Of a stretch of 64,000 bases of DNA, positions 24,101 to 39,100 are shown piece by piece. The stretch is from NCBI RefSeq assembly GCF_964355755.1, contig NC_092677.1, positions 3,866,101-3,930,100 of the forward strand. The letters run 5' to 3'. The notes under the pieces were generated by a model that was given only the letters and a program-made list of their open reading frames with translations, made no database searches and was not told the DNA's origin. The translations under genes and the position numbers were made by a program. This DNA is from Antedon mediterranea (taxonomy: Eukaryota > Animalia > Echinodermata). Position 1 is the first letter of the stretch. Every line of letters begins with the position of its first letter.

Positions 24101-27100
24101 TCCTAAAATTTTCTTTCTTTCTGTGATGATCCAATAATATTCTAAATAAAAACTGTAATCTTGCGTTTTATTCTCACGCTTTTGTCCTGTAATCAACTCA
24201 ACTTAATCACAAGTGAGTTCATGCACCTTGGAAACAATTTTGTGTTGTTGTTTTTCTTCAGAATTTTATTGGATCATCACAAAGAAAATTTTATGAAATA
24301 CAAATAGAGATCTACTAATTCATTCAAATTGATTAATTAAGTAACCTTGTATTGTTAATTACTACAATACTGGATTGCATTGATTTACCATCAGGCTAAT
24401 ATTAATATAATAAATGGTCATATATTCAAATTCACAGGCTATTAGGCAACTCTGACAAACTTTGATATTTCAATTATCCTCATTAGCCTAATAATTTCCC
24501 TGGTTTCAATCACGTTGGTGGAACAATAATATATCAGTACCGGATACAGTAACTGCAACTACAGTATATAGATTAATGTATACTGTTATTACCAAAATCA
24601 TTAATTTTTTACTTCGTAACCCCGCCGGCTTAAATTCAGTAGGGCTGATAATGAAACCTACTATAGATCCTCGAGGCGATACCCATTTGGTGTGTCGACT
24701 ATTTACAAGTTTAATCTGAAATTTATTGCGGCACTTTGAAGAATTTATATTCCCAAGTAGGTATAGCCTGATTGCGTTATTTGAGTGTAAATTAACGGTT
24801 TTAATTTAGAGCTCCCGCTGGCTTCGGAGCTCCTGGAAATTAGATATTTAAACTTTGTTACTTTTGATTGTTTTCATTGTCAGTAGAGCTGTAATAAATA
24901 TCTTGCTATTCAAGGAGATTTAAAAGTCAATGTTCCATGGCTGCTGCCTTATGATATTGATTAAAATAGTTAATTTTCAATCTTCAGTTCACGGCATTTT
25001 TAAGACCATGCAAAAAGCATTCCACAGCAGTAACTGTTTTTTATCTGAAGGTCTTCATCAATTTTTTTCCCTTCTAGAGTGTTGTATAGGTAAAAGTAAA
25101 ACTAAACTCTTTCATGGTTTTAATACTCGTTACGATTTGTACTTCTACTTGCCCGTCAGTAAAAAAAAAACACCACAAGCTAGGCTATAGTTACAGTAGG
25201 CCTAGATAGCATTACTTTTGCTACTTGTCAAGTCTAGTTGGAAAAGGTCACTTCAACCAGGGAAGTACTTACAAAGTATTTTGTTCTTAATAATGTACAG
25301 TGTGTATTGTACATTTTTAGTCGTGTGGACGCGACTCTATCGTTCACTATGTCGGTCTGTTGGTCTGTCTGTCTGTCAGTCTGTCTGTCGGTCCGGTATC
25401 ACTATGCATTTTATCGCTTTTTTGTACTTTTTGAACTGTTTTGATGTACAGAAAAGTTTTAAAGTACATTACTTTTTGAAAGTTCATTTTTTTCTGAGAG
25501 CACGCGACTTATGGCTGTTGGCCTTAATTATTGTATGCTTACTTCATTGAACAATAGCTAGTATGCTCTGTCTACACTAACAAATTTTATGTGACAGAAA
25601 AAAATGTGATGTGCCCATATATGGACATGATGATGTCATATATATCACTACCATATTTTGGAATAACACTACCATATTTGGGAATACCACTACCATATTT
25701 GGAAATATCACTATCATATTTGGGAATATCACTACCATATTTAGGAATATCACTACCATATTTGGGAATATCACTACCATATTATTTAGGAATATCACTA
25801 CCATGTTTGGGAATATCACTACCATATTTGGGCACATCAACAGTTTTTTTTCACACTAGTTTGATAGTGTATACAGAGCTTTACAAGCTTTGAACAATAT
25901 TTTGTTTAATCATAAACTTCATATCCCATTAAATGTGGTAATTTCTCTTATTTCGTGGTTCAATGGACAGAATAATTGCTCATTTATTCAACAAATTACA
26001 AACAGGATCAAACAATACCACACTACATCAGGGCACTATGGTTTATTTAAATCATTATTTTGTAAAAGCACACTCGCGGGAATCTTTAGAATGCCAATTT
26101 TGTCACATGGAATGGTGTAAATGACAGATTGTTAAATGAATTATTAATTACCCATTAATTATTCTGATGAAAATCTTATTCTTAAAAATTATCCCCTGAA
26201 AAAAAATCATTTTTATTATTACATTTTTTTGGATGAATTATGCCATTTAACTGGGGCAAAGTTATTCACGTTTTGTTAAAAGTAAAATCATTATTGTTTT
26301 TTCTACATAAGTGAATAACCTTTTAAACCTGAAAAATTACCTGCAGTATTCAAATTTGATTTTATTAATCTTCAGTTTTCATGTTTTTGGGGGACAATGC
26401 TTCTTTAAATGAAAAGAGTTGCAATATAGGTAATAAGATTACTGTAGGCCCTTCGAATACTATTTCTTGTCATTTTTATTTATCACAATTAAAGGCATTT
26501 CTTTCACATTTCATATGACAAGTTTCATAACATAGCTACTAAAATAATCAGTTGTGACAACATATTGAGGCTTTAAATTTTCATTTGACAGACAGTATGC
26601 AGATTAAAGTTTAATCTGCATACTGTCTGTCAAATGAAAATTGTGGAGCATGGCTGCTGTGAGGCTATTGTGATCATATTTATATTCACATTTGACATGT
26701 GCTACATCAAATTGCCATTTTTAAATAGTTATAATGATGCAAACAAATTTATACTAATTTCTGATATTTTATTTTTATTTTGTGAACTTTATTTTTATGA
26801 TGATGATAATACCAAATGTTGTACTATGTATTAAATCACTATTTAATTATTATTTGTATAATTTGTTGGATAGACTTACTTCGTTTAAGTGGAGTAAATT
26901 CCGTTTGTAGACATGATGAAAGCTCTCCTATATTTAGTTTCCAATCTTTATCAACGTCAGCACTCTCAATCAAAGCATCTACGCATAGACCTCTGATAAA
27001 ATAATTATTTATTCAATGTTCAAGTTTAACAGTTTCAAAACAATTTGCAAGTATTTTTTCCCTGAAAAGAACTGGTTTGATCATTTTATTTTATTATTGG

Positions 27101-30100
27101 CCTATATGCGTTTGTGCAATTTGATATATTTTTGTCATATTTTTATTGTCTTTTTTATTGCCTTAATTATGCCATGCAAAGTGAATTTTCATTTTAAGTG
27201 GACCAATCTGGAATCAGTTTTTCACTTAAGCACTATTTTGTATATGCAATTGCCTTAAGCAAAAAGATTGACAAATGCCAAGCCACTTGTTTCCGGCTTT
27301 CAATTGATAAATTTAACAAAAAATTAAACATTACTGTAAAAATGACTTGCTAGGGATTGTATGTCTTATTTACCTTATTAACGATGCATCCTGCTCGTCA
27401 GGATCTGTGATGTTTTTAACGACACTCACATCCTGATTGGTCTCAATAAGAGTTTGAAATTCGGCCGAGTTTAACGCGCCGTCAAAATCTCTATCAAACG
27501 TCTACAAAAATAATAACATATACAGTAATACGTAATTACAAGTGATAATGCTCAAGTAGACGTCAAATATAACAGGATTTTGAAATGAAACTTGTAAACT
27601 AAATCATGTCGTAATAATTTAAACATTGAATAATCCGTTGTGTATGTCGTCAGTTACAGGTATAAATAATGTATACTGGTTTATCACTGGACGCCGTAAG
27701 CTAACGGTTTTGTTTTGCTGGCGGATCCAGAATTTTTCAAACAGGAGAGAGCTGACATTTAATATTAATAGCTGTCAGAAAAAGATATCAACAAATAATT
27801 TCATTTTAGTTGTAAAAGTGGGAGAGTGCACCCTAACAGCAACCCCTCTGGATCCATTGCCTATGCATTCATTCTTCTATCTCAGTACTAGGCCTACTAC
27901 CTGTACTACCATTTTTTTTTCAAAATACAAATTTTAAAATATTTTGTTTTGGCTATTTGTGACTATTTTTACAAATAAATGACAAAGTGCGCCCTCTACA
28001 ATTACATTAAACGTCCAATCCTCTTATCGCTTAATGTGGAATTCACTTAACCTCCTTTTACCAAACTGGGATCTCTAATGAGGTCATCAAATAAAATTTT
28101 TATCATTTATGAAATAAAAATGACAATAACAAACATATTAGCACTTGTTACGGCTGTCTCGCAAAGCTAATCAACCAATTACTATTTTGAGCAGGTGTGT
28201 TTTACGGAATTATTCGAATTGCTTTAACATTTAGAGTGATGAATTGTGGGAGATTACTTAAATGGTGCTAAAAAGTAACATTTTGAATCATGTATAGCTG
28301 GACAATATTATTTTTATTATTACAGTCTACGCTCCTATGCTGAAAACTTCTGAAAAAAAAACAACTTTTCTTTACTTGTTAGCATTAAAAACACATTATG
28401 AAATACCCGACTTTTAAACCAGACATTGGCCAGCCAAGTGTCCGGTATTGATAGAGATGACTGTGTTGTTGTTGTTTGTTGTTCTTGTTGAATGGCAACT
28501 TTAAGATTGTCATGAATTCAAAAACTACTGGCCCACTGATCATAATAGTAATACATTTCTTCAACAGTATAAAACGATATAATGTTGCTTTATATAGCGC
28601 TTTTTATCAAAATGCTTCACAATAAATTCATATTTATTTGCTTTTAGAAATAGCGCTCTGGACTTGATCACACCAGGGAGTTGTAAACAACTCCCTGATA
28701 ACACAACAACTTTCATCTCTCTAAGGATCCCTTGCTTTCATTCATTCTGTAATAATGTTTTTACAAAATGTTTTCCCCAATATTTCATATCCAATAAAAA
28801 TTACTTTTACAACAGGATTGTTTTTCCTTCAAAAGTTCTAAAACAGACAAACATTAAAATCTGAAGTCGTCCATCACATTTGCTCCCAAGTGGTTTTTAC
28901 ACTTCCTAATTCCATTACTGTACCGGAACCTTTACTATCGGCTGATTGAAGTGGACAAACATGTCTTTTTATCCGTTAAACATGTTTTTTTTTTAAGAAA
29001 CCGCTTGTCATGGTATCTTAGAAAGATGTATTTTTTGGATGCTGCATATTTAATACTTTTGTATGTTTATTTGATGACAGTGGATAATAGCATCAGACAG
29101 ATGTAAGTTTTGTTCACTTAGGTTTCCCTGGTCTCCTTAATTTCAGTTTTTTTTTTTTGTTATGTACAGTATATACTCAAATAGACCAAATAAATAATAA
29201 AATGAAATGTGTCAGGAAATTATTCAGGTTTTGGAAAAGAACAAGGTCCTCCACCTTTTGACAGTGAAATAAAAAGGATCCAATTAGTGAACACTTTCCC
29301 AAAATCTTGGGATCTTTCTCCACTTTCCCCACCCAATCACTGAAGATACATACTAAATTGTTTCTTCAATTTTTAAAGGTCAATGTTACTGCAGATTTTT
29401 AGATTTTACATCTCTCTGGTACAGCATGATTACTTAGAAAAGCTTTAATATTTTCGTAGTGGGAAAAAGTAAACAAAATGTAGTTACTGCAGTAAAGTGC
29501 AGTAGAATATTAAGTTTAACATAGTTCCTACGAGCTGTATAGATATTACCTACCATAAATGTATCTTTAATAATCGCAAACTTGTCTTTAGCCGTTTCAG
29601 CAACCATCAAGTCGATCCATTCTAAGATTTTTTCATGGATAGTATCACGATCTTTCTCGTAACATACGATTGGTCTAAATTTCATAACTCTTGCTTCTGG
29701 TTCAGATTCTGACGCTGTGATACAAACAAGAAGGAAATCGTAAAATTATCTAATGTTGTCGCCTTTGGTTTACCTTTTCAGGTAGCGTATTAAAATTTAG
29801 GCAAGCCAGGTGTTTCATAACCCCAAATACTGTTATTATTACAGTTTATAAACCTATGTATTATAGGAATTATCACTGTTTTATTAAGACCATGTGTTTA
29901 TTAAAGCCTCCTGGGTATAGAATAAGAAATAGGAGGGGTGACATTTAAACTCATTGACAAAAGTGTCGCGTAGAAGACGTTTAATCAATAGTTGTAAGAT
30001 GTTCGCTTTGCTTAGTGACAGCAAAGTAATTTATCTTTCTGCCCTTATACTTGCTAGTTTTAAATACATACTTTTTTTCCTAGTGTTAAATGTTTTTATT

Positions 30101-33091
30101 TTAACATAAAAAAAAACACACTAGTAAAGTATGTATTTAATCATTACAATGATTTTTTTTTAAACCAGAAATATAAAGTTTTATCAATGATGAGGCTTTA
30201 ATGATAATTGTCTTGTTCATGGTTTTGCTAGAAGTTTTAAGACCGCAGACCATTTGTCATGAACCTCTGACCGGTGGTCATCTGAGGCAACAAGAACCTC
30301 AGACCATTGGTTAAAAACTTCAGATGAACAAATAAATGTTGAAATATTGAATTATAATTGCTTGTCTTACTTTTTTTGGAGTTAGTTAGTAAATAATGTC
30401 ACCTTAAGGAAGAACTTTTTAAACTATATAAAACCAAAAAAACATTACGTAGGCATGGTTTACTGTGGTTCTTCGACAGATGTATTCCCGCTATGCAGGC
30501 GTATCGATGCATCTCACACTTATTGCGAAACGTTTGTCCGTTGCTTGCACATATTGGCCGATCATTCTTTGAACACTTCTAAAAAAACAAAAACAAGACA
30601 ATGCTAGAAAATGGGCACAGTGTGTAAAAAATTATTAAAAAGAAATAATAAAAATATCAAAATGTCAAATAAAATATAAAACATTTGGTTGTTTTTATTG
30701 TAAATCCAAAGGGGTATCAGTGGTTGGATCTCAATGGAGCTATACAAAATAAAATAAGCACTGAAAAAATGACAATGTTGTGGGTATCAGTGGCTGGATC
30801 TCAATAGAGATACAAAATAAAATAAGCACTGAAAAAAAATGACAATGTTGTGGGTATCAGTGGTTGGATCTGAATAGAGATACAAAATAAAATAAGCACT
30901 GAAAATATGACAATACTGAGGGATCTCAATGGAGATACAAAATAAATTAAGCGCTAAATATGACAATGCTGAGGATATCAGTGCCTGGATCTCAATGGAG
31001 ACTTAAAATAAAATAAGCCAACAGCTAAATCAAAATGATCAAGTCAAACAGACACAAAAGTTTGCAGAGCTTTCAGACAACACTAGCCCTTCATTAGTGC
31101 AAGTACGTTGTTTTATTATAATATTTATATATATATATTCAATAGATTGTAGATTCCATGTTTTTCAATTCAAACTAAAACGAGCATACATCATTTAACA
31201 TTCATGTTATTTGACAATCCATCTCATGTACATGAAACGTGGAAGAACTGCTCTAAATTTGTCTTTACTATTGAAAATATGTGACATAATACACAAAGTA
31301 TTAGCAATCTATAGCTATAGAGTTACCAGACATTGAGAAATAGTATTATAGTATTACATAGCATGTATCTCTCTGTCTATGAAGAGAATGATTGCGGCAT
31401 ATATCTATGAGAATTGTGCGAAATGGAGTCATGGTTGCGGAAACTTTTATTTTACTCGCATTATTAATTTCAGCTTATAGCGAGTAGTTTTCATGTAATT
31501 TAAACTAAACAAAATTCAAGGGTAGATTGATTATTAAATACACAAATTGATAATATAATAATAAATTTGTTTCGTTTGTTTTGTAACAATAAGTATTAAC
31601 ATAGTCGTGTACAGTAGTTCACATGTTCCGTAACGTAACTATATTAAAATATTCTTTTAATATGTTATCAAAATATAAATTTAATTTGCGAATTTAAGTA
31701 GTTTATATTCTGAGGTCCTTACCATATAATTTCAACCATAGGAGTTATCAGGAATTGAATCCAGGTCTCTCTGTATGACTGACTGACAGTCAAGTGACTT
31801 AACCACTTAGCTACCTAACTCCTAATACTAGGGAAGATAAGGCGTCGTGGAAAGGAACTGGCCACCCTACCTCATAATGCTTTGGCTTTCAATGAGCTCC
31901 TAACAGCTCATTAACCTATGTTCAGAAATGAATACGGAACTTGCCTTAATATAAATAATAGTGTAAAGCTCTGTCTACACTATCAAACTTTATATGGCAA
32001 AAAAATGTGATGTGCCCATATAATGGACATGATGATGTCATATCACTACTATATTTGGGCATATCACTACCATATAAATCACTTTTTTGTCACATGAAGT
32101 TTGATAGTGTAGACAAGGCTTAATAGATTCTTTTAATGAAATGGAATTCCCATATGTTCTGACTCTCTGGCCAGACCATATTAGGAGTACACTTTGCTGG
32201 GTCCTGAAAGTGTCCTGTTAATAGAGGTTCTATTTATAGGAAGACTCATAACTCACTTGGATTATCAAATTCTTTATTTGTTTTTGGAATAACAAGATAT
32301 ATAACTTCCAAGAAAAGGTATTTATCATGTCTCCGTTAATAAATAAAAACATTAATATCATAGTCCCTCTAGAATACATGATAATCCAATCACCGTGATT
32401 TATAGACAGAATGCCCCCACCCAAAATGTTGTTGTTGTATGCCTTTTATAGTAAAAAATAAATACTAATGGTGAATTATAGTTTTCGAAGAATGTACAAT
32501 TAATGTTCCATTACTTGATGAATGTTATTATTCCATTTCGTACATCTCATATGATTTTAAAATTATAGGGTTTTTTTTCTCTCCGTAGTACTAGTAAATC
32601 AATACTGCATTGGAAATGCGATGAAGGAACAAAAAAATAAGTAGTTACTTCAGTAACTGCAGTACACATTTTAATATTTTCAGTTCTTATTTATTGTTTT
32701 TAAGTTATTGTAAATGTATCTTCTTTAATTTCTTGAACTGTTTCTAAATAAATGTGGAATTAATTACAAAAATATACCTTATGACGTTGACATTTCTTTA
32801 CTTACCGTATACGCCAGACTAAATATTTCACTAAGCCAATGTCACATTATATAGTTTAATCGATGACATCGTTTAATTTACAGTGTAATGGAATTAACAT
32901 TATTCCTTGTCACAATTAATATAAATAACTGTCATTTCCCACAGGCACCTCTAGTGGTTAACTTGTCCAAAGTATCCATTATTAATTACTAAGCTTACGA
33001 TGGCAAGTTTTATTCTCTTAAGTCAATACTACATCTTAAAGTATCTGCTGCATGACGCCAACAAATCACAATTTTTTTTTTAGAAAACAAA

Positions 33092-33122
<31 letters not shown>

Positions 33123-36100
33123 TCCTGTATTTGTTCCAAAACAATTTTTTAATCAGGATATGTTAATGTAAAAAAATAAGTTATTTTAAGAAAGGTCGAA
33201 CTTCTCCTTTAGGATATCCTTTTATGGGTCCCATGAGTAAAGTGTGGGGACATATTTAACTATAGAACACCCACTTCTTTGGATCATTTTTGCACAGTAT
33301 TTCATGGTGTAAAGTTTGTAAATCTTTGCATTTCTTTGTGAATGAAATCTCATAGTGATAGTAAAAGAAAATAATATAAAGACTGAAGCCTGGCCTGTCT
33401 ACAATATCAAACTTTGTGACAAAAACAATGTGCCCATATATATGGAAATGATGATGTCATATCATAATACAGTATTTGAGCATAATACTACCATATTTGA
33501 ACACATCACACTTTTTTAGTTTGATAGTGTAGATAAAATTTAAAGTCATTTACTTTAGTTTTAGAGTACATTTGTGTTCACAGATCTGATAGCAGCACTC
33601 ACTTACAATTTCTGGTATTACATATTTATTAAAATAGAATATTCAAATTAACTTCTCACCTGTATGCAAATGCATGTCACTTGGCCTTCATCATCAAGAG
33701 CACATTGTCTTCCAGGACTGCAGTCAACACCACGACATGCAAGCTTTTGTGCTCGATCTAAAAACGAATAAAAATGAAATAATCTATGCAAATGAGATAA
33801 TTCAATATTCAAATGAGATAATAAAATATGCAAATTTTGCACATATTGAGTAAAAGAATTGGCGCGACCTGTATGATGCCACGTCATGAATGCGAAATAT
33901 TGTAAAAGCGATTTGATTTACCGTACCGAAGCAGGTGTAAAAGACCCATAACCCTATTCAGTGGACACTTTCCCGTCAAACAAACAAGGTAGTATATTTT
34001 TAACGTTCCCGTCCAACACATTGTTTGGTCCCGGTGGCATGTCCTCTTAAATAGGATGTCTATCTATACATTTATTCATTTCATTTCAATGTCACATGCA
34101 CATTCAGAGAGCAGACAAACAACTTTGATAATTTAATTTGGTGAGCAAAAATACTCTTGTCACAAGAATATTTTTGCTCAACAAATTAAATTATCAAAGT
34201 TGTTTGTCTGCTCTCTGATTATTTTTGTAAATGAATGCATGATATTTTGATACCAGGTATTATCATTTATCTGTGTGGATATGTTTCCAGTTATGGCATG
34301 GTCAAATGAAACTAACATATTCAACAATAAATAACATTACAGATTTATAGATTAGCAATTTCATTGAAATCTACTTCCTAGGGCACTACTATAAATGTTG
34401 TATTCCCATAAGGTATCTAGATATTAATACAACATTAAGGAAAAACTTGATTAATGAATTCCTCAAATTCATAGATAAATGTCATCAATAACATTTAAAT
34501 ACATGATCATTTAGAATATTCATATTTTAAATTAATAATGAATAAAATTGATTAATTGTTTATTACACTATGACTTTTATATTTCACAGATACTTGATAC
34601 ACTGATGGCTGCAGTAGTGTGAAATATAATTTCTTTTTATAAAACATTACGTTGCATAACTTTTCGCCCGCTCCTTTAAGCAGTTATATTCAAAAGAACG
34701 GAAACATTAGGAAATAGTTACCATGCGGTAGCTCATAGTTTACTACGGCTAAAAAATGGGTATTTGGAAACTCAGATTGGGCATGCGCACACCCCAAATC
34801 ATGTCTGGGAAAAGAGCGTCTATGAAAACATTTGCTGATAAATATTGAGATAGTTTTTTGTTAGAAATATTTCTTATTACTGTATCAGTTATCATATTTT
34901 CCCCAGTATTCAGTTGAAAAAAATTAAATTTAGAAAGAAATTGAATGTTCACTGTGATCAAGCACTCTATGATAAAAATGTTAACTGAACTACCTATCAT
35001 AAAATTGTACCATGTGACAAGTATTTTCTTTAAATAATGTCATAAACATCAGTAGACAATTTATGCAAATAAGTTAATTTTGCATGTACTGTGAGACCCC
35101 TCAATTGGGAGACCCATATTCAGGGAACAACCCCATTAAAGGGACATATAAGAGAAATATACTTTTAACACGACAGCCAACCTTATTCAGGAGACATCCA
35201 TATAAGGTGACACTGTGTTGGGTGTCCCCTTAATAGGTTCTGTATTATGAGATTTATTTATTATTTTGTAAACTAGAAAATATTATAAAATGGCATTTCT
35301 GGCATTATTCATATTTTTCATTGTTCTCCTTAAGCTTAAAACAACAAGTTTGTCCTCTGTTGGTTTGGTTATAACTTTGTTTGACTTTGACCAATAAATC
35401 TAAATAAATTGACTTTAGCAGACACTAATTCTCCTTTCCAAACATATTAAACCATCAGTAAACATAGCAAAAGCTACATTTCAATATTGATTTCAGCCTG
35501 CTGTGTGCCCAAGAGCACCAGTGGGTCTACCAGGCTCTTCCTCCATGATAACAGTGCACACAAGAGTAACTTTATAGTCCTCATAAGTCCTCATTTAAAC
35601 CCTAATCTTAGTATATACTTACAAAATAAATAAATATTTGTTATAGAAGAAGCCACTCTTGAGAGCTATTTACATCCATAGCATTATATTCTTGATTTCT
35701 TTTATGACTTAAGGGTTAAGTGTCTTAAGTAGATACTTGACTTAAGACATCAGATACCTCGCATCAAGGCAACTGGGTGTATTCAAAAACAGAAGTTCAT
35801 ATTTGTTGAAATAAATGTTAGGTAGTATTAGTAGCATGGGGCTCCTTATCCTTTTTCTGTTGTTTTTATTTACTTGTCAAATTACCTGTTATTTTTGTAG
35901 ATGGTTTAATGTTACTGATTTACTACAGTAAAGGTTGTTTCACACTTGGATGCAAAGCAACAACGTAGAAACAGCGCAAGCGAGTTGACCAATCACAAGC
36001 GACAGTTTGGTTTCCATCTGGATGCAATGCAACAACGTAGAAACAACGCAAGTGAGTTGAAAGGTGGTTGACCAATCACAGACAACATTTGGGATGGTCC

Positions 36101-39100
36101 ATCGCGTCGTGATTGGTCAAATTTCCTACAGACGTGACCTTAGGTCCTTGTGTTGTGGCCAAGTAGGAAACAACCTTTATAAATACTACAGAGATTATTG
36201 ATATGTTCATCGGATAAAATAAATATGACTAGCAGACTGGTGTTGAATTACTTTTATATAAAAATTAATTTATTTGAAGTTAGTCTTCGCATTTTGTCCT
36301 ACATAAACTTGTTTCTTTTATATAGTCTACACTATCAAACTAGTTTGACAAAAAAAGTGGTAGTGATATGTCACGTTAAGTTTGATAGTGTAGACAGAGC
36401 TTTACAGATCGTAAACAGCACATGCATTTAATATTTTTAAAACACCTGTTTATGTGTTAGGTTCAATAAAAACATTTTAATGTTATTTGTTTCCATCCAA
36501 CGACAAAGATTTGATGGGTATCGATTTTTCAATCATGAACAGCATCTATTCCATCAATCAGTATCAGTCTATTCCTAGATACCTTACTTAAATTTTAAAA
36601 TGTAAAATACTTCAGTTACTGCAGCTACTTTTTCCTGTTATGTTTATGCAACTAGCTTTTTTTGGGGGGGAGGGGGTGAGGGTGTTATTTCAATGACTTC
36701 CTCTTGAAAACTACTCTTGATTGCAGTGAAAAATTGCAGTATAATAATGAGTTGACATTGCAAAGATGTATTCAGAAAAACTGAAAATATTAATAGGTCA
36801 TACACTACTGTGAAACTAAACAAGATCCCTGTGGAGAACATGGTTCATATTTATAAGTTATTAATTCCATTTTTTGTTCAAAAAATTGGTTCGAAAAAAA
36901 AAATTATTTACTAGAAAAAAACTTACTTAAATCAATATTCAAAAGAATTTTCAGTGAGTTCAATTTAACCCTCATTTTGTCTTTTTGTAAGTGAAATCAT
37001 TATTTTTGTTGAAACTGCCTAATTCAAAGTCTGATTTTAATTATATCTTCATTTTTCATGTTTTTGGACAATACTTAAAAAAAAAATTGAATTTAATTTT
37101 TTTTTATAACAGAAACACAATAATTATGCCTAAAAAAACAGATTTTAAAATCTAAATTACTGATAGTGATATTACCCCTATTGTAAATAGATAATTGAAA
37201 GCAGGGCTCTTTTGTTAATTTATCTCCTTCATCACTATACCATCTTAATCATATAAAACTAGGTATTAAAGGCTAAGTAAACTGCTGTGAGGCAGTAAAG
37301 CAAGCGTATTACCAAGAAAGTCCAACTCAACCAATCCAATGATTAAAATAGAGCAGTAATGGAGAAGATGGTACTTTTGATAATATTAAGTGTTATCATG
37401 GAGTACTCCATGGTGTTATCTATGCCTGGGGTGTATTAAGAAGACCTAATGATTTACATGTTAAAGAACAAAACAATTAAAGGATTTAGATCAGAAGTTA
37501 ATGGGATAAGTTCCTTGTCACTGACTTGATTAGTATGATTAACGATAAACTCTATGTGGCCATTTATTTTATTTCTTGTTAATAATAAAATATTAAGTTA
37601 AATTGTTTTATTTATTTATTCTTTTGACTAGATTACATTTTCAGTAACATCTATACCCTCTGTAGCTAGGTTGTTTTACAGCCAGAGTTCTCTTTTACAC
37701 AACAAGTTCAAAGGCAAAAATTGTTAGGCTAGTTAGGCCCATATACCATCACTTTTGCATTTGGTATCTAGCTTGAAAAGTTCACATCCAAACCCTCAAA
37801 CCTCCCCTGCCTACTTGATGAATGAATGGGCAAGTTATTTTATATGATTTATAAAGTAAATTAATTAAAGTAAAAGAAAATTCAGATAGAAATGAAAGGC
37901 TATTTCTGAACGCTTTTGATCCCTTGAAGTTATGCATACAATTAGATAAAGATGAGCTAAACTATAATACGGAGGTAGATACCTGATCAGATGAAAGCCT
38001 ATTTATAAATACCTTTGAACCTTTGAGGTTATTTAATCCTAATTAGATTTGGTTACAACTTTTTTTTTTAAATGATAGATTATGGGAAATATGCTTCAGA
38101 ATTGGTTTTTTAGAATTATGCCAGATTATGCTAGATTTTAGAAATTATACCTAGAATAAAATACTAGATACCAGATTGGTCAAATGCTAGATAGCATAAA
38201 TAATGCTAGATTTGGCCACTATGGAAGGCAGTGAGAAAGAGAGCAATATTACTTTCGTGAAGTGCAGTAGGCCTACATATTGAAATTTAATTTTGTACAA
38301 TCTTTTTAAAAGAATCACAAGTTGTTCAATCTTGCATTATAAATGGGTATGAGAAGACTTGTTAAAAGATCCACAAGTTGTTGGTGGATGGGACTTAAAC
38401 ATTTCTTAAATTTGTCACATCAAAGTTAATGTGACAAAAAAATGTGATGTCATATCACTACCATATTTGGGCATATTACTGCCATATTTTGGCACATCAC
38501 ATTTTTTTGTCTAAACTAGTTTGATAGTGTAGACAGCGCTCTAAGTGGTCTAATAACAGCATGAATTTTGTTGTAAATTTTAATCCGAATAAGATAGAGA
38601 GATGTCTTTATGTTCAATGGAATGTTAATGATGATGTAGACTGAATTCAGTATAGATTTCTATTGAGTATTAATCTCAAGAGCTTTACTGAGATCTTACT
38701 TGGATTCTTTAGAAGCCTCTTCTTATCTGTGTCACTTTTTGATCTCTCAGATCGCGCATCCTACAACAACAAAGAGAAAATGAGCATACATTAGTATAAA
38801 TTTGATTTGATAATATTTTTATATAATGTAATTATTGGTGGCGCTGCACTGTAGCGACACGGCCTTTCCAATTGAATTGAATTGAATTACACTATACTTT
38901 AGATTGCTTTAGTGAAATAATTACTGAATTGTACATTTTTTACATCAAAATTAATGTACTTTTTATTTTATTGACTCCCAATTTATTTTCTTGCTATAGC
39001 AAAAATTATCCACTATCGTTTTTCACCTTCTAGGGAGTCACCAGACATGTTATTTCATTAGGTTAAACTACCTAACTACTGAAAAAAAATCTTCATGGTT

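Noticed and set aside
25577-25893. Overlapping repetitive ORFs and CRISPR-like periodicity
   Set aside because: This is a 20-bp tandem minisatellite inside a MITE, with no unique spacers and no cas genes, in a eukaryotic intron.
31741-31822. Possible tRNA gene
   Set aside because: A and B boxes are present but the anticodon arm is irregular, which fits a SINE head better; tRNAscan-SE would decide.
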